NCBI RefSeq assembly: GCF_018350175.1 | Contig: NC_058368.1 | Location: 201,378,001 to 201,442,000 of the forward strand | DNA from: Felis catus | Lineage: Eukaryota | DNA length: 64,000 bases | Direction: 5' to 3' | Part shown: positions 51,031 to 64,000 of the stretch, piece by piece | How positions within the stretch are numbered: the first letter of the stretch is position 1 | Layout: each line of letters starts with the position of its first letter | Notes under the pieces: model-generated | What the model was told of the DNA's origin: nothing | Database searches by the model: none | Seen by the model: the letters and a program-made list of their open reading frames with translations, nothing else | Made by a program: the position numbers and the translations under genes

Positions 51031-53388
51031 GTTCTCAATATACAGTGGGGGTTTTTTGGTGTAGTGAGTAAATATGTCATTGAAATCTGGAATTAACCTA
51101 TTAGTGCTAATTTCTCCTGCATCATGTGGATGCCTGTGCATTTCTGATGCACAGGCATACACTCAACGTCCACAAATACTCCCGTGTCCAAACCAATAAG
51201 GGCACCGTCTCACAAGCCTTCCTTCATACTCTTACATTTATTTATTTGTATTTACTGCACCTCAAAGAAACATGAGCACATTCAATGCTGGCTGCCTTCA
51301 GGTATAATTTCAAAACCAAATATTAATCAAGAAAATTGTTATAGAGCTGAAGGCTGAACCAAAACACATTTACAACTCACTTTAGGGATGAATAGGGGGA
51401 TCCCTAGGAGCTTTTTTCTGAAGATGAAAACTTATTATTGACCCATCATTTTCTGTCTCAGGCAACTAGGATCATTGTGTGTCTGGGGTGGAAGGGAAGT
51501 GAAAATGAAAGGTAGCTGAGATTATCTCTACCTTTCATTCTAGTATTTTCATCTCCCTTTGGATTAGATAGGATTTACTTGTCTTCATTCTCCAGTCAAG
51601 AAATCCACACATTATTTACTGTTCCTAGCTACCATATCACAATGAAAAGTGTTGGCCACAGCAACAAAAATGTTAATGTAACTTTGCCAAATAATATTTC
51701 AGTGGTGAATTCAGGAAGAAAAAAAATCACACGAATCACTGATTGGGTATTCTGCACACTGAATAAACCAGCTGACACAAGCTTTCACTTCCTCTGGACA
51801 CAGTGGCATCATGATGACATTTCTAAATATTGGACTTGCTCTGGCAAAATAACACAGACACAAATCTCATGAATTTTCTAGACAAATTTTGGAAACTCAA
51901 GATGGACAAAGAGTTTCATGCATGTTTAGAAACCAGAAAATCTGGTAAAGGAGTATTTTATTTGAACTCAAACTGCGTAATTGGCTTAGAGCGGTTCACA
52001 TATGCCCCATTTCATGGCCGTGAAGTGTGCTTGAAAATCCTATTGAAAGGCAAGGGAAGTTTGTGTGAGCAGGACCTAGGTACGAAGTCATGGTTTTCTC
52101 CAAAGCACATTTGAATCTCAGGAGGCACCATCGTATTGAACAGAATTTGCAGGCAAAGCTGAAATCATGTTTCACAGTAGTGTGAAGGTCACCAGTTTCC
52201 TATCATTTGAGTTTTTTTTTCCTGATAACTATCCTTATATAGGAGATTATAAGTAATAAATAAAATTCCTGAAGTATTATAAATTTGGTGTTGTTTATGA
52301 TCTATTTTCAAGTTTCAGCTTTGAATATTTTTTTGTGAATATTAGCAGCTGAACAACACATATCAAAAATTATTCTTTAGTCCTTTGGCTGGTGAGCCAT
52401 ATTAAGTTTGGATTCTGAAATATGTATATATAAAAAATATACACACACACACACACACACACATACACACACAGTGTTATAGTTTTGACTATTAGTTATT
52501 ATTATTTTGGGTTTTCTAAATTGTTTTATTTTTTCGCTTCAGCATTTCCTTAAATATTTTTAGAAAATGTTATGTGCATGATTTTTACTGGAAACTAGGA
52601 ATCCAAAATAAATCCTGTATAATTCCATCTTATTGTGTGACGTGAGCTACCAATAAAAGTATAATGGACAGTTAAATTTTAATAGATATCCTTTTGATAT
52701 ATAATAGTGAATTTTTGCATGGGGTTATTACAGATGTCATTATTTCAAAGGAATATGATATGTGTGAAATTTGGAAAAATACTTTAAATGGTAAAATGCT
52801 GATAAAAAAATAAGTGTCTAAAATGAAACTAACTTTCCATATTTCTTCTCTTCTAAAATGTTTTAATGCCTACATAGTTGGATTCTTACATTTCACATCA
52901 AAGATACCTTTAGATATTTTAACCTGAATTTCAAAATGCCAAAGTCCTTAAAAAATGAAGTGTCAAATATTTTTTATTATAATATAGAGATACAAAATAC
53001 AAAAAGGCGAAGTGATTCACATAGAAGATTGTGAAACTGGACTTCATTGCTTGTTTTTTCTTCAAAATTCTATGAAAGAGTTTAAAAATGGCTAAAACAA
53101 ATTACTATATCTTAGCAGTGCTTTTTCAGTGTAACAAGACCAGGTCATTTTTTCTCATTGTTTTGTTGTGGCTCTAGACTTTCATAAGTTCGATTGTTAT
53201 TCCCACTGCACAGAATATTGACAAGGGGTGCTGATAACTGTGCAGATGGGTCAAATCATGACGTTTATAAAATGGTCATGCAAAGCCTTTATGATGTAAT
53301 GGAAAGAATCTTCAATTGGAAATCAGAATTTTGACCTCTTAGGCAAGCCACTTAGCCTCTCTGTTAACCCTTAGTTTTTGTCATTTAT

Positions 53389-53507
53389 ATGCTCTTGGTC
53401 TTGGAGTTGGGAGTTTGAGCCCCACATTGGGCATAGAGCCTACTAAAAAACAGAACAGAACAAAACAAAATAAAACAAAACACAGTAAAATAAAATAAAA
53501 TAAAATA
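53389..53507 (+). mobile_element. 5'-truncated short carnivore SINE with (AAAAC/AAAAT)n tail
   Basis: gagtttgagccccacattgggcatagagcctact plus patterned A tail. Abuts a MIR remnant (~53315-53388). Confidence 0.75.
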
Positions 53508-53583
53508 GGAACGTATGGGAAAACACAAAGGAAATGGGCAGGAAATTGTTGAATAACACATACATTTAATTTACATGTATGTT

Positions 53584-53791
53584 GGGGCGCCTGGGTGGCG
53601 CAGTCGGTTAAGCGTCCGACTTCAGCCAGGTCACGATCTCGCAGTCCGTGAGTTCGAGCCCCGCGTCGGGCTCTGGGCTGATGGCTCAGAGCCTGGAGCC
53701 TGTTTCCGATTCTGTGTCTCTCTCTCTGCCCCTCGCCCGTTCATGCTCTGTCTCTCTCTGTCCCAAAAATAAAATAAACGTTGAAAAAAAA
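53584..53791 (+). mobile_element. young felid SINEC_Fc
   Basis: Near-consensus, CpGs intact (ggggcgcctgggtggcgcagtcggttaagcg...). Perfect 19-bp TSD atttaatttacatgtatgt at 53564-53582 and 53792-53810. Confidence 0.97.
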
Positions 53792-54739
53792 ATTTAATTT
53801 ACATGTATGTATACAAGTAGTTTCCAAAATCCAATTTATTTTGAAGATTAGGTACAAATGTCTTTGTTTTTCTTGCCACTGAAAATGCTTTGGTGTCTTT
53901 TGCAAGCTTCAAATTTGTGATTTTGATTCAGTAAAAGAGAGGTGAATTTTTATTAAAAAGAAACAGGCAACTACGATGACAACTGATACATATTGAGCAA
54001 CAGTGGTAACTTAGCACAACTGTCCTTTCCTTGACTTGGGTGGAAAATAGATATGAAATAGCCAAGAAGGCTCTTTTCTCCCTCCTTCTGGTTCTTTTCA
54101 ACTCCCATGACAAGTCATTTAATGATTTGGGGGGACGTTGATTTGAAATGTCCATACACTTCATTTGGACACTGAACCCCGGGGGGTAGGATTTAGTTGG
54201 TTATGAGAATGCAGTGGAAAATGTGCTTAAAAGAGACAAACTTTCCATTAAAAAAAATATGATTTTGAAAACATCAGAGTCCCTGATTTTGAGAAATCTG
54301 TTTTCATTGTCCATAAATCAGTATGAAAATGTCAAGTATTTGACAAAGATATGTGCTGCTCCAAGGCCAAGGAAATTTGGAAGCAGCAGAATACAAAACA
54401 AATGAATAGACTTCATACATTTAATATTCGCATCTGGAACTTAAAATTTTTCAAGCAACATAGCTTCACTGAGTCTCATTCATATAAACCAATATATTCA
54501 GTAAGTCAAACTCTTCCGGAAAATCAAAAATTTGAGATTTAACATTTGCTCGTTCCAAGAAATAATATTTCTTTTTAAATAAAACCAAATGGTAGAACAA
54601 AGCTAATTGTCATCTTCATCTATCATTTATGCTTTTCCTTCTGTTTTCCTTCTTTGGGATTTTCAATTCTCAAGTTTGGAGGCTATCTGTTGGTCTGGCA
54701 GAGAGTTTGAACATACACCTAATTAAAAAAAAATAAAAC

Positions 54740-55400
54740 TCAGCAACACCAGAAAAGCCTTGTCACCAAACAATAAATAACGCTTCCATCCAAAATATCA
54801 CTTAGAGATGAATACACTTCGCGAGTTGAAAGGTGGCAGCGCACCTGCGCCACTAACCTTAAATGAAAAATAAAGACAACTGGGTTGTAGGGTGCCTTTC
54901 CCTCTTCAAAATAAAATTCTTTACAACCTACAAGACAAACGGCACAAAAGTGAAAGGCCAGTGATGCAGATTGGATAGGCTTACAGCGTAATTGAATTAA
55001 AGCTTGTGTGCCACATATGACCACAAAGCAGGTCTATGGCTCAGGCCCGCTGAATGGAGGTGGCTGGCCTGTCAATAAAGACCCTTTAAACTGGTTAAAT
55101 GCATCATAAGCGTGCGCAGAGAGCTTTCTAGCTAACAGGTGGCTGAGTAAACCTCAGCTGGTGCCACACAGGGCTGTCGCGTTGACCTTCTTTAGGATAA
55201 TTTCAGCCCTCTTAAAAAAAAAAATTTGTTACTGTACTTGCTGTGGTGGAAACAATTTAGGGATGAATAATTTCTTTTGGTCCCTAGAGGCGCGGTGCCT
55301 CTCTCTCTCCCCCTCTCCCTTTTTTTCTCGCACTCTCTCACTCTCTCCCCCTCTTTTTCTCGGTCTTGCAACTGAATTAACATAAAGGAACAGTGACAAC
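54740..55400. promoter_or_regulatory. candidate developmental enhancer
   Basis: Unique sequence with ~16 CpGs, a TAATTGAATTA homeodomain dimer site, CTGTCA+CAATAAA and several E-boxes. Function is inferred only. Confidence 0.4.
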
Positions 55401-56845
55401 AGCAAGCTGAAAAGCATAGCTGGTGGGAGGATTAAGTATATCATTGAAAGGAATTATGTTGTAAATGACTGGGAGGGGTAGGGGCTTCTGTTCCTTGGTC
55501 CCATCTGGTCCTTAAAGAATACCTTGTTGTAATTACCCCCAGATGGTTTGTGCTCCACTGGGGTCTGGACAGCCAGGTGCCACTGTGCCCTGCTGGGTGT
55601 GATATTCATTGCTACATGCAGTGACAAAAATGGACTTTATTGAAACCTAATTTCTTCCAGGGTATTACACAAATATGAAATGAACCTAGCTCATCGAGAG
55701 AGAGCTTTGTTTATTTCCAAACCGAACCAGTCTCACCTAAGATAAGGCTGCCTGGTTATTTTACTTTTAACAACTATCCTAAAAAGAAGAAGCAGAAACA
55801 ATTCACAATATGTGCGGGATTTAATTCAGTATTTTCAAACAATGGAAGCGGTCAGCATCAATGGCAGATTTTTATTTCTTGACGTTAGGACTTTTAAAAT
55901 GGTAACGAAGATTTTCAAGACAATGTTTTGATCATTTTACCATTAAATTAACAGTAAATACAGTGAATTATAGTATATCCACATCTAAACATATTTTGAT
56001 ATTAGTGAGCAAATACTTATAGAACTCAAAAGTTAATCTCTTGTTATTCACTACAAAATATGCCTCCCATGTAATTCAAGAAACAAGTTTGAGCAGTTTT
56101 GTGTTGTTCTTTAATGTTGATATTTTCAGAGAAAAATAAGAAAATAAAAATAAATACTAAAAAACATAGCTGTTGATGTATGCAAAGATGAAATTTTACA
56201 AAATTATGCTTACTTTAAGTTTCTATTAGGAAATTTCACTTTTAATTTTTCGTATGTTTAATATATCTTAAAATCAGCAATAACCTGAAAATAGATTAAA
56301 AGTTGTACCTGTACAATTCAGTTATATTTGGCTTATGTTATTCTAATTATTTTTGCAATAAGTCTAATAATTCTTATTTGATAAATTATATAACAGAATA
56401 CTTTTTAGTTCTTGCTAATTTTAAAAGCATAATATTTATCTGTTCCATGACTTTCTTGTTATCATTTTTAATGTTTTAGCAGTTACTCAAATGCATTTCA
56501 TTAAATCATTAATTTTTTCAAGGTAGAATTTGGAAATTTCATATGAAAATCAAACAAGAATTAAACTGAGGAGCAGACAATGAATGTGCTTGATAATTCT
56601 TTTTTCTTCTCTAGTTATAAATTTAAATAGTGTAAAGAAAATATAAATAGGGCTAATCTTAATGGGAATATTTTCCTTTAATGTATTTGATCAACATATG
56701 TCAAACTATGAAAATTTTGGCTAAAAACAAAACAGAGTAAAAATGCCTCTTGCTGTATATTTAAGAGGGAGTGAAATACACAAACAACCCAAGAGAAGGA
56801 GATGATTTTAAGATAACCATGAAACCAGAAAAGATAACCATGCTG

Positions 56846-56946
56846 TGGCAGTGGTAATCCTATTGCAAATTATAAATGTTTCAAATCAACACATTGTATA
56901 CCTTAAACTTGTACAATATTGTATGTTAACAACATCTCAATAAAAG
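56846..56946 (+). mobile_element. L1 extreme 3' end (L1MA9/L1_Carn-like)
   Basis: aaatcaacacattgtataccttaaacttgtacaatattgtatgttaacaacatctcaataaa. Confidence 0.8.
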
Positions 56947-56960
56947 CAAATTTCTTACAT

Positions 56961-57172
56961 TGTTAAAAAAGTTTATTTTGAGAGAGAGATAGCAGGCATG
57001 TGTGCACACACAAACTTGTGAGGGTCAGAGAGAGAGGAAGAGAAAGAATCCCAAGCAGGTTCCACACCCAGCACAGAGCCTGATGCAAGGCTCAATCCCA
57101 GGACCATGAGATCACGACCTGAGCTGAGATCAAGAGTCAGACACCTAACCCACTGAGCCAGCCACGTGCTCC
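56961..57172 (-). mobile_element. CAN-SINE (older type) in L1 tail
   Basis: TSD aaaa(g)caaatttctta at ~56942 and ~57176. Confidence 0.9.
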
Positions 57173-58009
57173 ATTAAAACAAATTTCTTAAACCAAATGA
57201 TTCACATAGGATTCCAGAAAAATCATACATTTAATGAATTAGCACATCTAATCTGATACACAAGCCATGTGAGGAGGGGAAGGAGACAGATCAGTACGGA
57301 GAAATGCCACCCTTAAAGTGCTTTCCTGGATTAAAATGTGAATGTAGATTTGACTGGCTTTTCTGGATCCTTTGCTAAAATGCAAAAATTTCTAGAATGT
57401 CCAAAATTTTCTTCTGAGCTTGAAGAGGAAGAGTGTGTCTAAGGACTCTAGACCCACGGCACAGACACATGCTTCTTTGCTATCCACAATTCTGTAATAA
57501 CTGCTCAAATACTCTAGTCATCTGCAAAACATTAAAAAAGGAAAAAGGAAAAAGGAAAAAGGAAAACCTTACCTAGATGGTTGCCGTTGCCTTTGAACTG
57601 GTCTTTCAGGCTCAAATTTTATCTTCTTCCAGGCCTCCCTTTTTTTTTTTTTTTTTTTTTTTTGGTGGCGGGGGGCAGGGGGAGATTAATTTTTCTAGGA
57701 TACAAACTTTAATTGTCTCTTCCCTTTTCACCGCATGTAAGCCCAAGCTCTTGAAGAGGCCTTACAAAGCCCACCAGCTTCTGGCTTCTTCTTTTCTCTT
57801 TAACCTCGTGTCTTCCAGCGTCCCACTTTGCCTCAGGCTTCCGCAATACAGAAAACAACATTAGACCACACTAACTTCGTAGGAGACCCTGTTGCCCCTC
57901 AAAACCCAGCTCATTTGCACAGCATGTATACTGAAATAGGGACCATACGGTGAAGTGTGGCACGGCTCCCGTGCAAAGAGGGCATGCAAATTCATGAAGT
58001 GTTCCATGT

Positions 58010-58180
58010 TTTTATACTGTATGATTCCACTTAGGTGAAGTACCTGGAGTAGACCAATTCATCGAGACAGATAGGAGGATGGTGGTTAGGCTGGGGACAG
58101 CAGGGCCTGGGTAGTTATTGTTTGATAGCTCTGGAGGATCACTTCGGCAAGATGAAGAGTTCCGTGGGGGGGGGGGGGTA
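58010..58180 (+). mobile_element. L1MB-like 3' UTR fragment
   Basis: tactgtatgattccacttaggtgaagtacctggagtagaccaattcatcgagacag...gttattgtttgatag...aagatgaagagttc. Confidence 0.75.
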
Positions 58181-58883
58181 CGTTTTACCACAACTTCTTA
58201 AAACAGCTGAAATTTCAGAATTCCTTTTCTCTGTACCCGTCTCATCCACAGAGAGAGTTAGGCACTTGCATTATTTAATCAGCAGATGGAAATAGCTGCA
58301 CCCTAAGTGATGACCAAGGATTATAACCTTGAACTCACTGCTGCTTAAGACTCATCAAATAATTGGCTAGACAATGTAAATTTGCAAAGGGTTGCCTGAG
58401 TGAAATATAGTCCATGTGCTCCTATAAACACAAAAACATTCATCCTTGGAATAAACTACAAAAGCAGAAATCCACACAGCTGGACCATATGGTTTGTTCT
58501 CTTGTAAAACTGCTTTTATTAAATGTAATTTGGCATTATGTCATCATTGGCCCATGCTAAGAGACACTGTAACAAATAGCCCTGTGAAATCTATTTAATA
58601 TACAAATATTATCGAGGATGATGTATTGTTCTCTTTCTGACTACCTATGAGGAAAACTCTTTTGTTTCGACACCAGGAATAGGTTGGTTTTCTTTTTCCT
58701 TGTTGGTAATATGAATAGTGTAATTGACTATGTTTTCATTTTTGTCTTCCTTCCAGACAGACTACATGCCAAATGGTGGCCTATCCTAGCGTTTTCTAGA
58801 CCTTAGCTATGTATTCTGTACATCCATTTGCTATGGACTTCAAATTATCTATTCCAACTTATTTTTTCTCTGAATTCACTTTA

Positions 58884-58944
58884 TTATTTATTTTTTTTCC
58901 TTTTTTTATGTTTACTCATTTTTGAGAGAGCCTTAGTAGGGAGG

Positions 58945-58984
<40 letters not shown>

Positions 58985-59116
58985 GAGTGAGAAAGAATCC
59001 CAAGCAGACTCTTAGCTACCAGCACAGAGCCTGATGTGGGCTCGACCTCACAAATCATGAGATCATGACTTGAGTGAAGTCAGACAATCTACTGACTGAA
59101 CCAATCAGGAACCCCC
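58884..59116 (-). mobile_element. CAN-SINE
   Basis: Antisense SINE with (GA)n tract and gagatcatgacttgag. Confidence 0.88.
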
Positions 59117-59238
59117 ATTTCTTCTTTTATTTTGTGTTGTTGTGAGTCACTTTAAATACATTCTTGAATAAATCAGGAATACATGAACTATCAACTAATA
59201 AACTCCTTTGAGTTCCTACTAGATATTGTGTGTATTTG

Positions 59239-59617
59239 TTTTTTTTTAATTTAATTTTATTTTTTAACTTACATCCAAGTTAGTTAGCATATACTGCAAT
59301 GATGATTTCGGGAGTAGATTCCTTAATGCCTCTTACCCATTTAGCCCATCCCCCCTCCCACAACCCCTCCAGCAACCCTCAGTTTGTTCTCCATATTTAA
59401 GAGTCTCTTATATTTTGTCCCCCTTCCTGCTTTTATATTATTTTTGCTTCCCTTCCCTTATGTTCATCAGTTCTGTGCCTTAAAGTCCTCATATGAGTGA
59501 AGTCCTATGATGTTTGTCTTTCTCTGACTAATTTCACTTAGCATAATACCCTCTAGTTCCATCCACATAGTTGCAAATGGCAAGATTTCATTCTTTTTGA
59601 TTGCCGAGTAATACTTC

Positions 59618-59655
<38 letters not shown>

Positions 59656-60599
59656 CCACATCTTCTTTATCCATTCATCCATCGATGGACATTTGGGCTC
59701 TTTCCATACTTTGGCTATTGTTGATAGTGCTGCTATAGACATTGGGGTGCATGTGCCCCTTTGAAACAGCACACCTGTATCCCTTGGATAAATACCTAGT
59801 AGAGTGATTGCTGGGTTGTAGGGTAGTTCTATTTTTAATTTTTTGAGGAACCTCCATTGTTTTCCAGAGTGGCTGCACCAGTGCATTCCCACTGGCAGTG
59901 CACCAAAGATCTTTCTCCGCATCCTCACCAACATCTGTTGTTGCCTGAGATGTTAATTTTACCCATTCTCACAGGTGTGAGGTGGTATCTCATTGTAGTT
60001 TTGATTTATATTTCCCTGATGATGAGTGATGTTGAGCATTTTTTCATGTGTTGGTTGGCCATCTGGCTGTCTTCTTTGGAGAAGTGTCTATTAATGTCTT
60101 TTGCCCATTTCTTCACTGGAATATTTGTTTTTTGGGTGTTGAGTTTGATAAGTTCTTTATAGAGTTTGGGTACTAACCTTTTATCTGATATGTCATTTGC
60201 AAATCTCTTCTCCCATTCTGTCAGTTGCCTTTTAGTTTTGCTGATTGTTTCCTTCACTGTGCAGAAGCTTTTTATTTTGATGAGGTCCCGGTAGTTCATT
60301 TTTGCTTTTTTCCCCCTTGCCTCTGGAGACGTGTTGAGTAAGAAGTTGCTGCAGGCAAGATCAAAGAGGATTTTGCCTGCTTTCTCCTTGAGGATTTTGA
60401 TGTCTTCCTGGCTTACATTTAGGTCTTTCATCCATTTTGAGTTTATTTTTGTGTATGGTGTCAGAAAGTGGTCCAGGTTCATTCTTCTGCATGTTGCTGT
60501 CCAGTTTTCCCAGCACCACTTGCTGAAGAGACTGTCTTTATTCCATTGGATATTCTTTCCTGCTTGGTCAAAGATTAGTTGGCCATACGTTTGTGGGTC
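59239..60599 (-). mobile_element. young carnivore L1, 5'-truncated (ORF2 C-terminal part plus 3' UTR)
   Basis: ORF 60006-60629 encodes L1 ORF2 ([33 protein letters not shown]...[14 protein letters not shown]). Downstream frameshifts, an internal (TG)n expansion at 59620-59652, and a poly-T tail. Confidence 0.95.
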
Positions 60600-61030
60600 T
60601 TTGTGCATTTCCATTATTGGAATCACCATTTGTGATTGTATTTATATGTCTGCCATTCACACTGGACAGCATATTCTTTTAATACACGATTAATATTAAT
60701 TTTAATACATGATTAATATTAATATTATTCTTTATCCCAGCATAATTAGAACACCGAGCTAATAGATATGTATAAATAAGTCTATTATATTGAACTAGTA
60801 TCTGAATAGAAATGAGAAATACAGTAACTTTGGAAAATAGGATATAATGTATTAATCTTAAACTCATCAATTTCTTGCAAGCAACTTCTGACTTTTGGGA
60901 ATGCTAATAGTAAGAGCTAAAAACCTAGATAAGATGCTGAAAGAATTCCCATGCTTAAATGAATTCTTGCATATTCTACTTGTGGTTGTTAACATTTAAC
61001 CAAATATTCAACTCAATTCTTTCTCTTTAA

Positions 61031-61083
61031 TGTGTGTGTGTGTGTGTGTGTGTGTGCATGTGTGTGTGTGTGTATATGTGTGC
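61031..61083. repeat. (TG)n microsatellite
   Basis: Seen directly. Confidence 0.9.
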
Positions 61084-61619
61084 TGGTGTAGCAAACACAG
61101 ATATACTAAGACTTATAGTGGGTAAACATCTTTCACTGTCTCTATAGAACTAACTACAATATATATTCATTATATGTATATATTCATATATATAATGAAT
61201 ATACAAAGAATTTTTGTTATATACAAATATATAGGCATACATATATTAGTTATATATATATATGTTTTATATATGCACACAATATAAAACTATATGGTTT
61301 TATATAATAAATGTCTCTATAAACATGGGTAGGCATATAGAAGCACATATGATGGATATATGCATAAGTATTCATAGTTTTTTATATAAATTTATAGATA
61401 TATTTATCCCAAAATAAGTCTCACTAGTTCTATTTACTGAAGTCAAATTCTTTACTCTGTTTCCACAACACAGCATTCTTTTGTTTTCTGATTTTTTTCT
61501 AATCTAATTTGCTCCTAATAGTGCTTCTTTGGTCTCCATAGTATAGTTGTTCCTGTGATCACTTTTCTGTTTACTCCACAGTCTACTCTGTTAATTTTAT
61601 CTCTATTTATGGCTTATAA

Positions 61620-62278
61620 AATTCCAGCCCACTTTCCCTAAGCACCAGGCACATATCCATCTTCTCCTTGGGCATGTCCACACAATTAGCATCATTTCTC
61701 CAACAATTCACTATTGGCTATGCCTTGACACTTCCATAGGACCGCTCCTTCTCTGAAATCCCTTCGCTTCAAGGTTGGCATTTCCAGTGCCTGTTGCCCA
61801 AGCCTGACCCCTGCCCAAGCCTGATTATTTCATTTTCTTCTCTTAATGTTCTTCTGAACAACCAATCTATTTATTGCCAGCTCCTTCTCATCTCATCCCC
61901 TAAATATTTCTCATTATCCTCACTTCCAGGTCATTCTACCACCCATTACCTCCTGCATGACTCTAGGTGAATACTAGGATCATTTCAATAAACTAAAATG
62001 CATCTTCTTTTTCGCTGCTGATATATAAAAGGCAAACATGGACATGTTTCCTATCTGCTTAAAATTCTGTATTTGCTCTATACTGCTCATGGATTCACTT
62101 TTCCCTAGCTAGCATGGCATATGTGGTTTCTGCCTGTTGTTCCATCCTTGTCCGAGGAGTAAAACCCTCAGCAGTGCGTGCTACCTGTGTTTCCCTGCAC
62201 ACACCACAGTTTCAAGTCTCCCAGACTTTGCTAGTGCCATTCTCTTCACCCAAGGGCTCCCTTCTTCAATCTTCCAGG
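61620..62278 (+). mobile_element. L2 fragment
   Basis: Pyrimidine-rich L2 3' region (tctccttgggcatgtccac...accaatctatt...catgtttcctatctgcttaaaattc...actttgctagtgccattctc). Confidence 0.55.
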
Positions 62279-62294
62279 TAATGGAAAGGACATA

Positions 62295-62520
62295 GGTTTT
62301 AAGGTCAGATAAATCCAGGTTTCAGTTTCAGCTCCACCATTTGGTGTTTCTGAAGCTTAAATGATAAAGAATGACTCAAAACACTACTGATACTTCTTTG
62401 CACGAGAATCACTACCAAACCGACCTGTTTACTTAATTTGTAAAAAAGAAAAAATCTTGTTTTATTGGGAATTTTAAACTCCATTAAATATTTGCGCATA
62501 GTGTTGAACCTTCATTGACT
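62295..62520 (+). mobile_element. MIR remnant
   Basis: aggtcagataaatccaggtttcagtttcagctccaccatt. Confidence 0.45.
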
Positions 62521-62713
62521 AATCTTTTACAGACAGTAACATGGATGTATATTCTGAATGAATTGATGGACTTGCATTGGTTGTTACTATAAGCTATTCC
62601 AGAAAATTCAAAATAAATTGTAAAGGGCTAGTAATTAAATATTCTATATTAGGTTAGTGTATTAAGTAAGCAAATGTTTTTTTTTCTAAGTTGCACAGGT
62701 TAAAATGTTGGCT

Positions 62714-62738
62714 GTGTGTGTGTGTGTGTGTGTGTGTG
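62714..62738. repeat. (TG)n microsatellite
   Basis: Seen directly. Confidence 0.9.
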
Positions 62739-64000
62739 TTTAGTTGATACCAGTGGCAGAATTCCAAATATATATCTTGCTTTAAGTGTTTTCATTAGAA
62801 AGTAGAAAGAATAGTTTTATTCTTATTGGCAGGCGTATTCCACATATGTGTTTATTCTAGAATTTGCTAACTGTGATCCTGCCTTTTCAGTCTGAAAATT
62901 GTAAACATGTGTTTTAAAGGGCAGAGGAATCCTGGCACTAGAGTATCACTTCTAGTGAGATTTAGTAGGTGGAGAAGTGGTGTGGACATCACTATGGCAA
63001 TAAAGAAATTGTTAGCACAGAAAATGCTAGAGACGAATGTAGGACGAGGAGAATCAGTACAGCACACTTCAAGAGATGCTCATCGGTAGCCTGTTGCAAC
63101 AGACCAGTATGAAAATTTCCCTTATCCATTTCAGTTGGAAACTTGAACTTCACAAAGAGTAATAGTTCTCTTGAAATATCCTTTTGAAATTCTAAGCTCT
63201 AAAACCAAGAAGATAATAAGGTAGACCAAGAAGAGTCCTCAAGGGTCAAAAACAATTTTTGATAATGCAAAGGTCATAGCCAATTAAAATTTGGCATTAA
63301 CTCAGATTTTCCTTTGAGTATAAGTTACAGAATAAAGTAAAATAAATTTATTAGAAGTTAATAAATGAACTTTTCTATGATGGTGGGATTAAGAGTTATT
63401 TAAATGTTTATGCTTCACTGCATTTAAAAAAATTCTCTTCAATAACTACACAAAAAAGAAAAACTTTTAAATGTGTCTTCAGAGATGGATAAAGTTCTCT
63501 ACAAAAGTGGAAATATTTTCTGCCACTTTGACTATATATGGCTAGTGATTTTTAAAGGAACTTTTCAAATCTTAGGGACATAAACAGAAAAAAAGAATAG
63601 ACCATTTTACATTTTGGAAAAAGATCATGTTAAATTTAGCACTGCACATTATACCTAAATTTGGGGCAATTCTTCCATTTTTAATTACAAGCGATTTTTC
63701 TCAAATTCCACAGAAATAGTTTACATAAATCACAGAATGATATTTTCTGAGGCACAAAACCCAGTTTACTTTGCCTTAAAGTTTAAAAAAAATCTGGAAG
63801 CACTAGGTTATTTTTATTTATTTCGGAGCAAGAAAGGTAGTAAGAGCAAGTGGGATGGTAAGAGGAAAGGGGTATTTCGGAAAGTATGAGAATCAAAGTA
63901 CGAAACATAAATTCATTGTGTGACTTCATCTCACACCACAGCTTCTATGTTAATTTCTAAAAACATTAAAAGGAGAAGGGAGGAAATAAGGAGGAGTCGA

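Noticed and set aside
55275..55296. Definite CTCF site
   Set aside because: One base short of the consensus core spacing. Mentioned only as a partial match.
60006..60629. 207-aa ORF as a host gene
   Set aside because: It is L1 ORF2 C-terminal sequence in a 5'-truncated element. The start codon comes from flanking DNA and downstream frames are broken.

Overview
AT-rich, non-coding mammalian DNA from a cat-family (Felidae) genome, inferred from about 20 tRNA-derived CAN-SINEs including young SINEC_Fc-type copies. I find no supportable protein-coding exon. The ORF track is LINE-1 ORF2 remnants, SINE or microsatellite read-through, and chance ORFs. The window looks like a large intron or gene desert. 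It contains two young carnivore L1 3' insertions, a ~4 kb decayed old L1, ancient MIR/L2/L3/hAT fossils, a Tigger-like MITE and microsatellites. Several TE-poor, motif-rich islands resemble developmental enhancers. The best sequence-level observations are a tailless 33-nt U2 snRNA retrocopy with a 16-bp TSD, a two-subfamily L1/L1 fusion lacking a TSD, a 100-bp near-perfect palindrome, and two tail-to-tail inverted SINE pairs. I see no convincing evidence of a new multi-gene system. Repeat family names are from remembered consensus sequences and need RepeatMasker/Dfam confirmation. Boundaries of ancient repeats are approximate.
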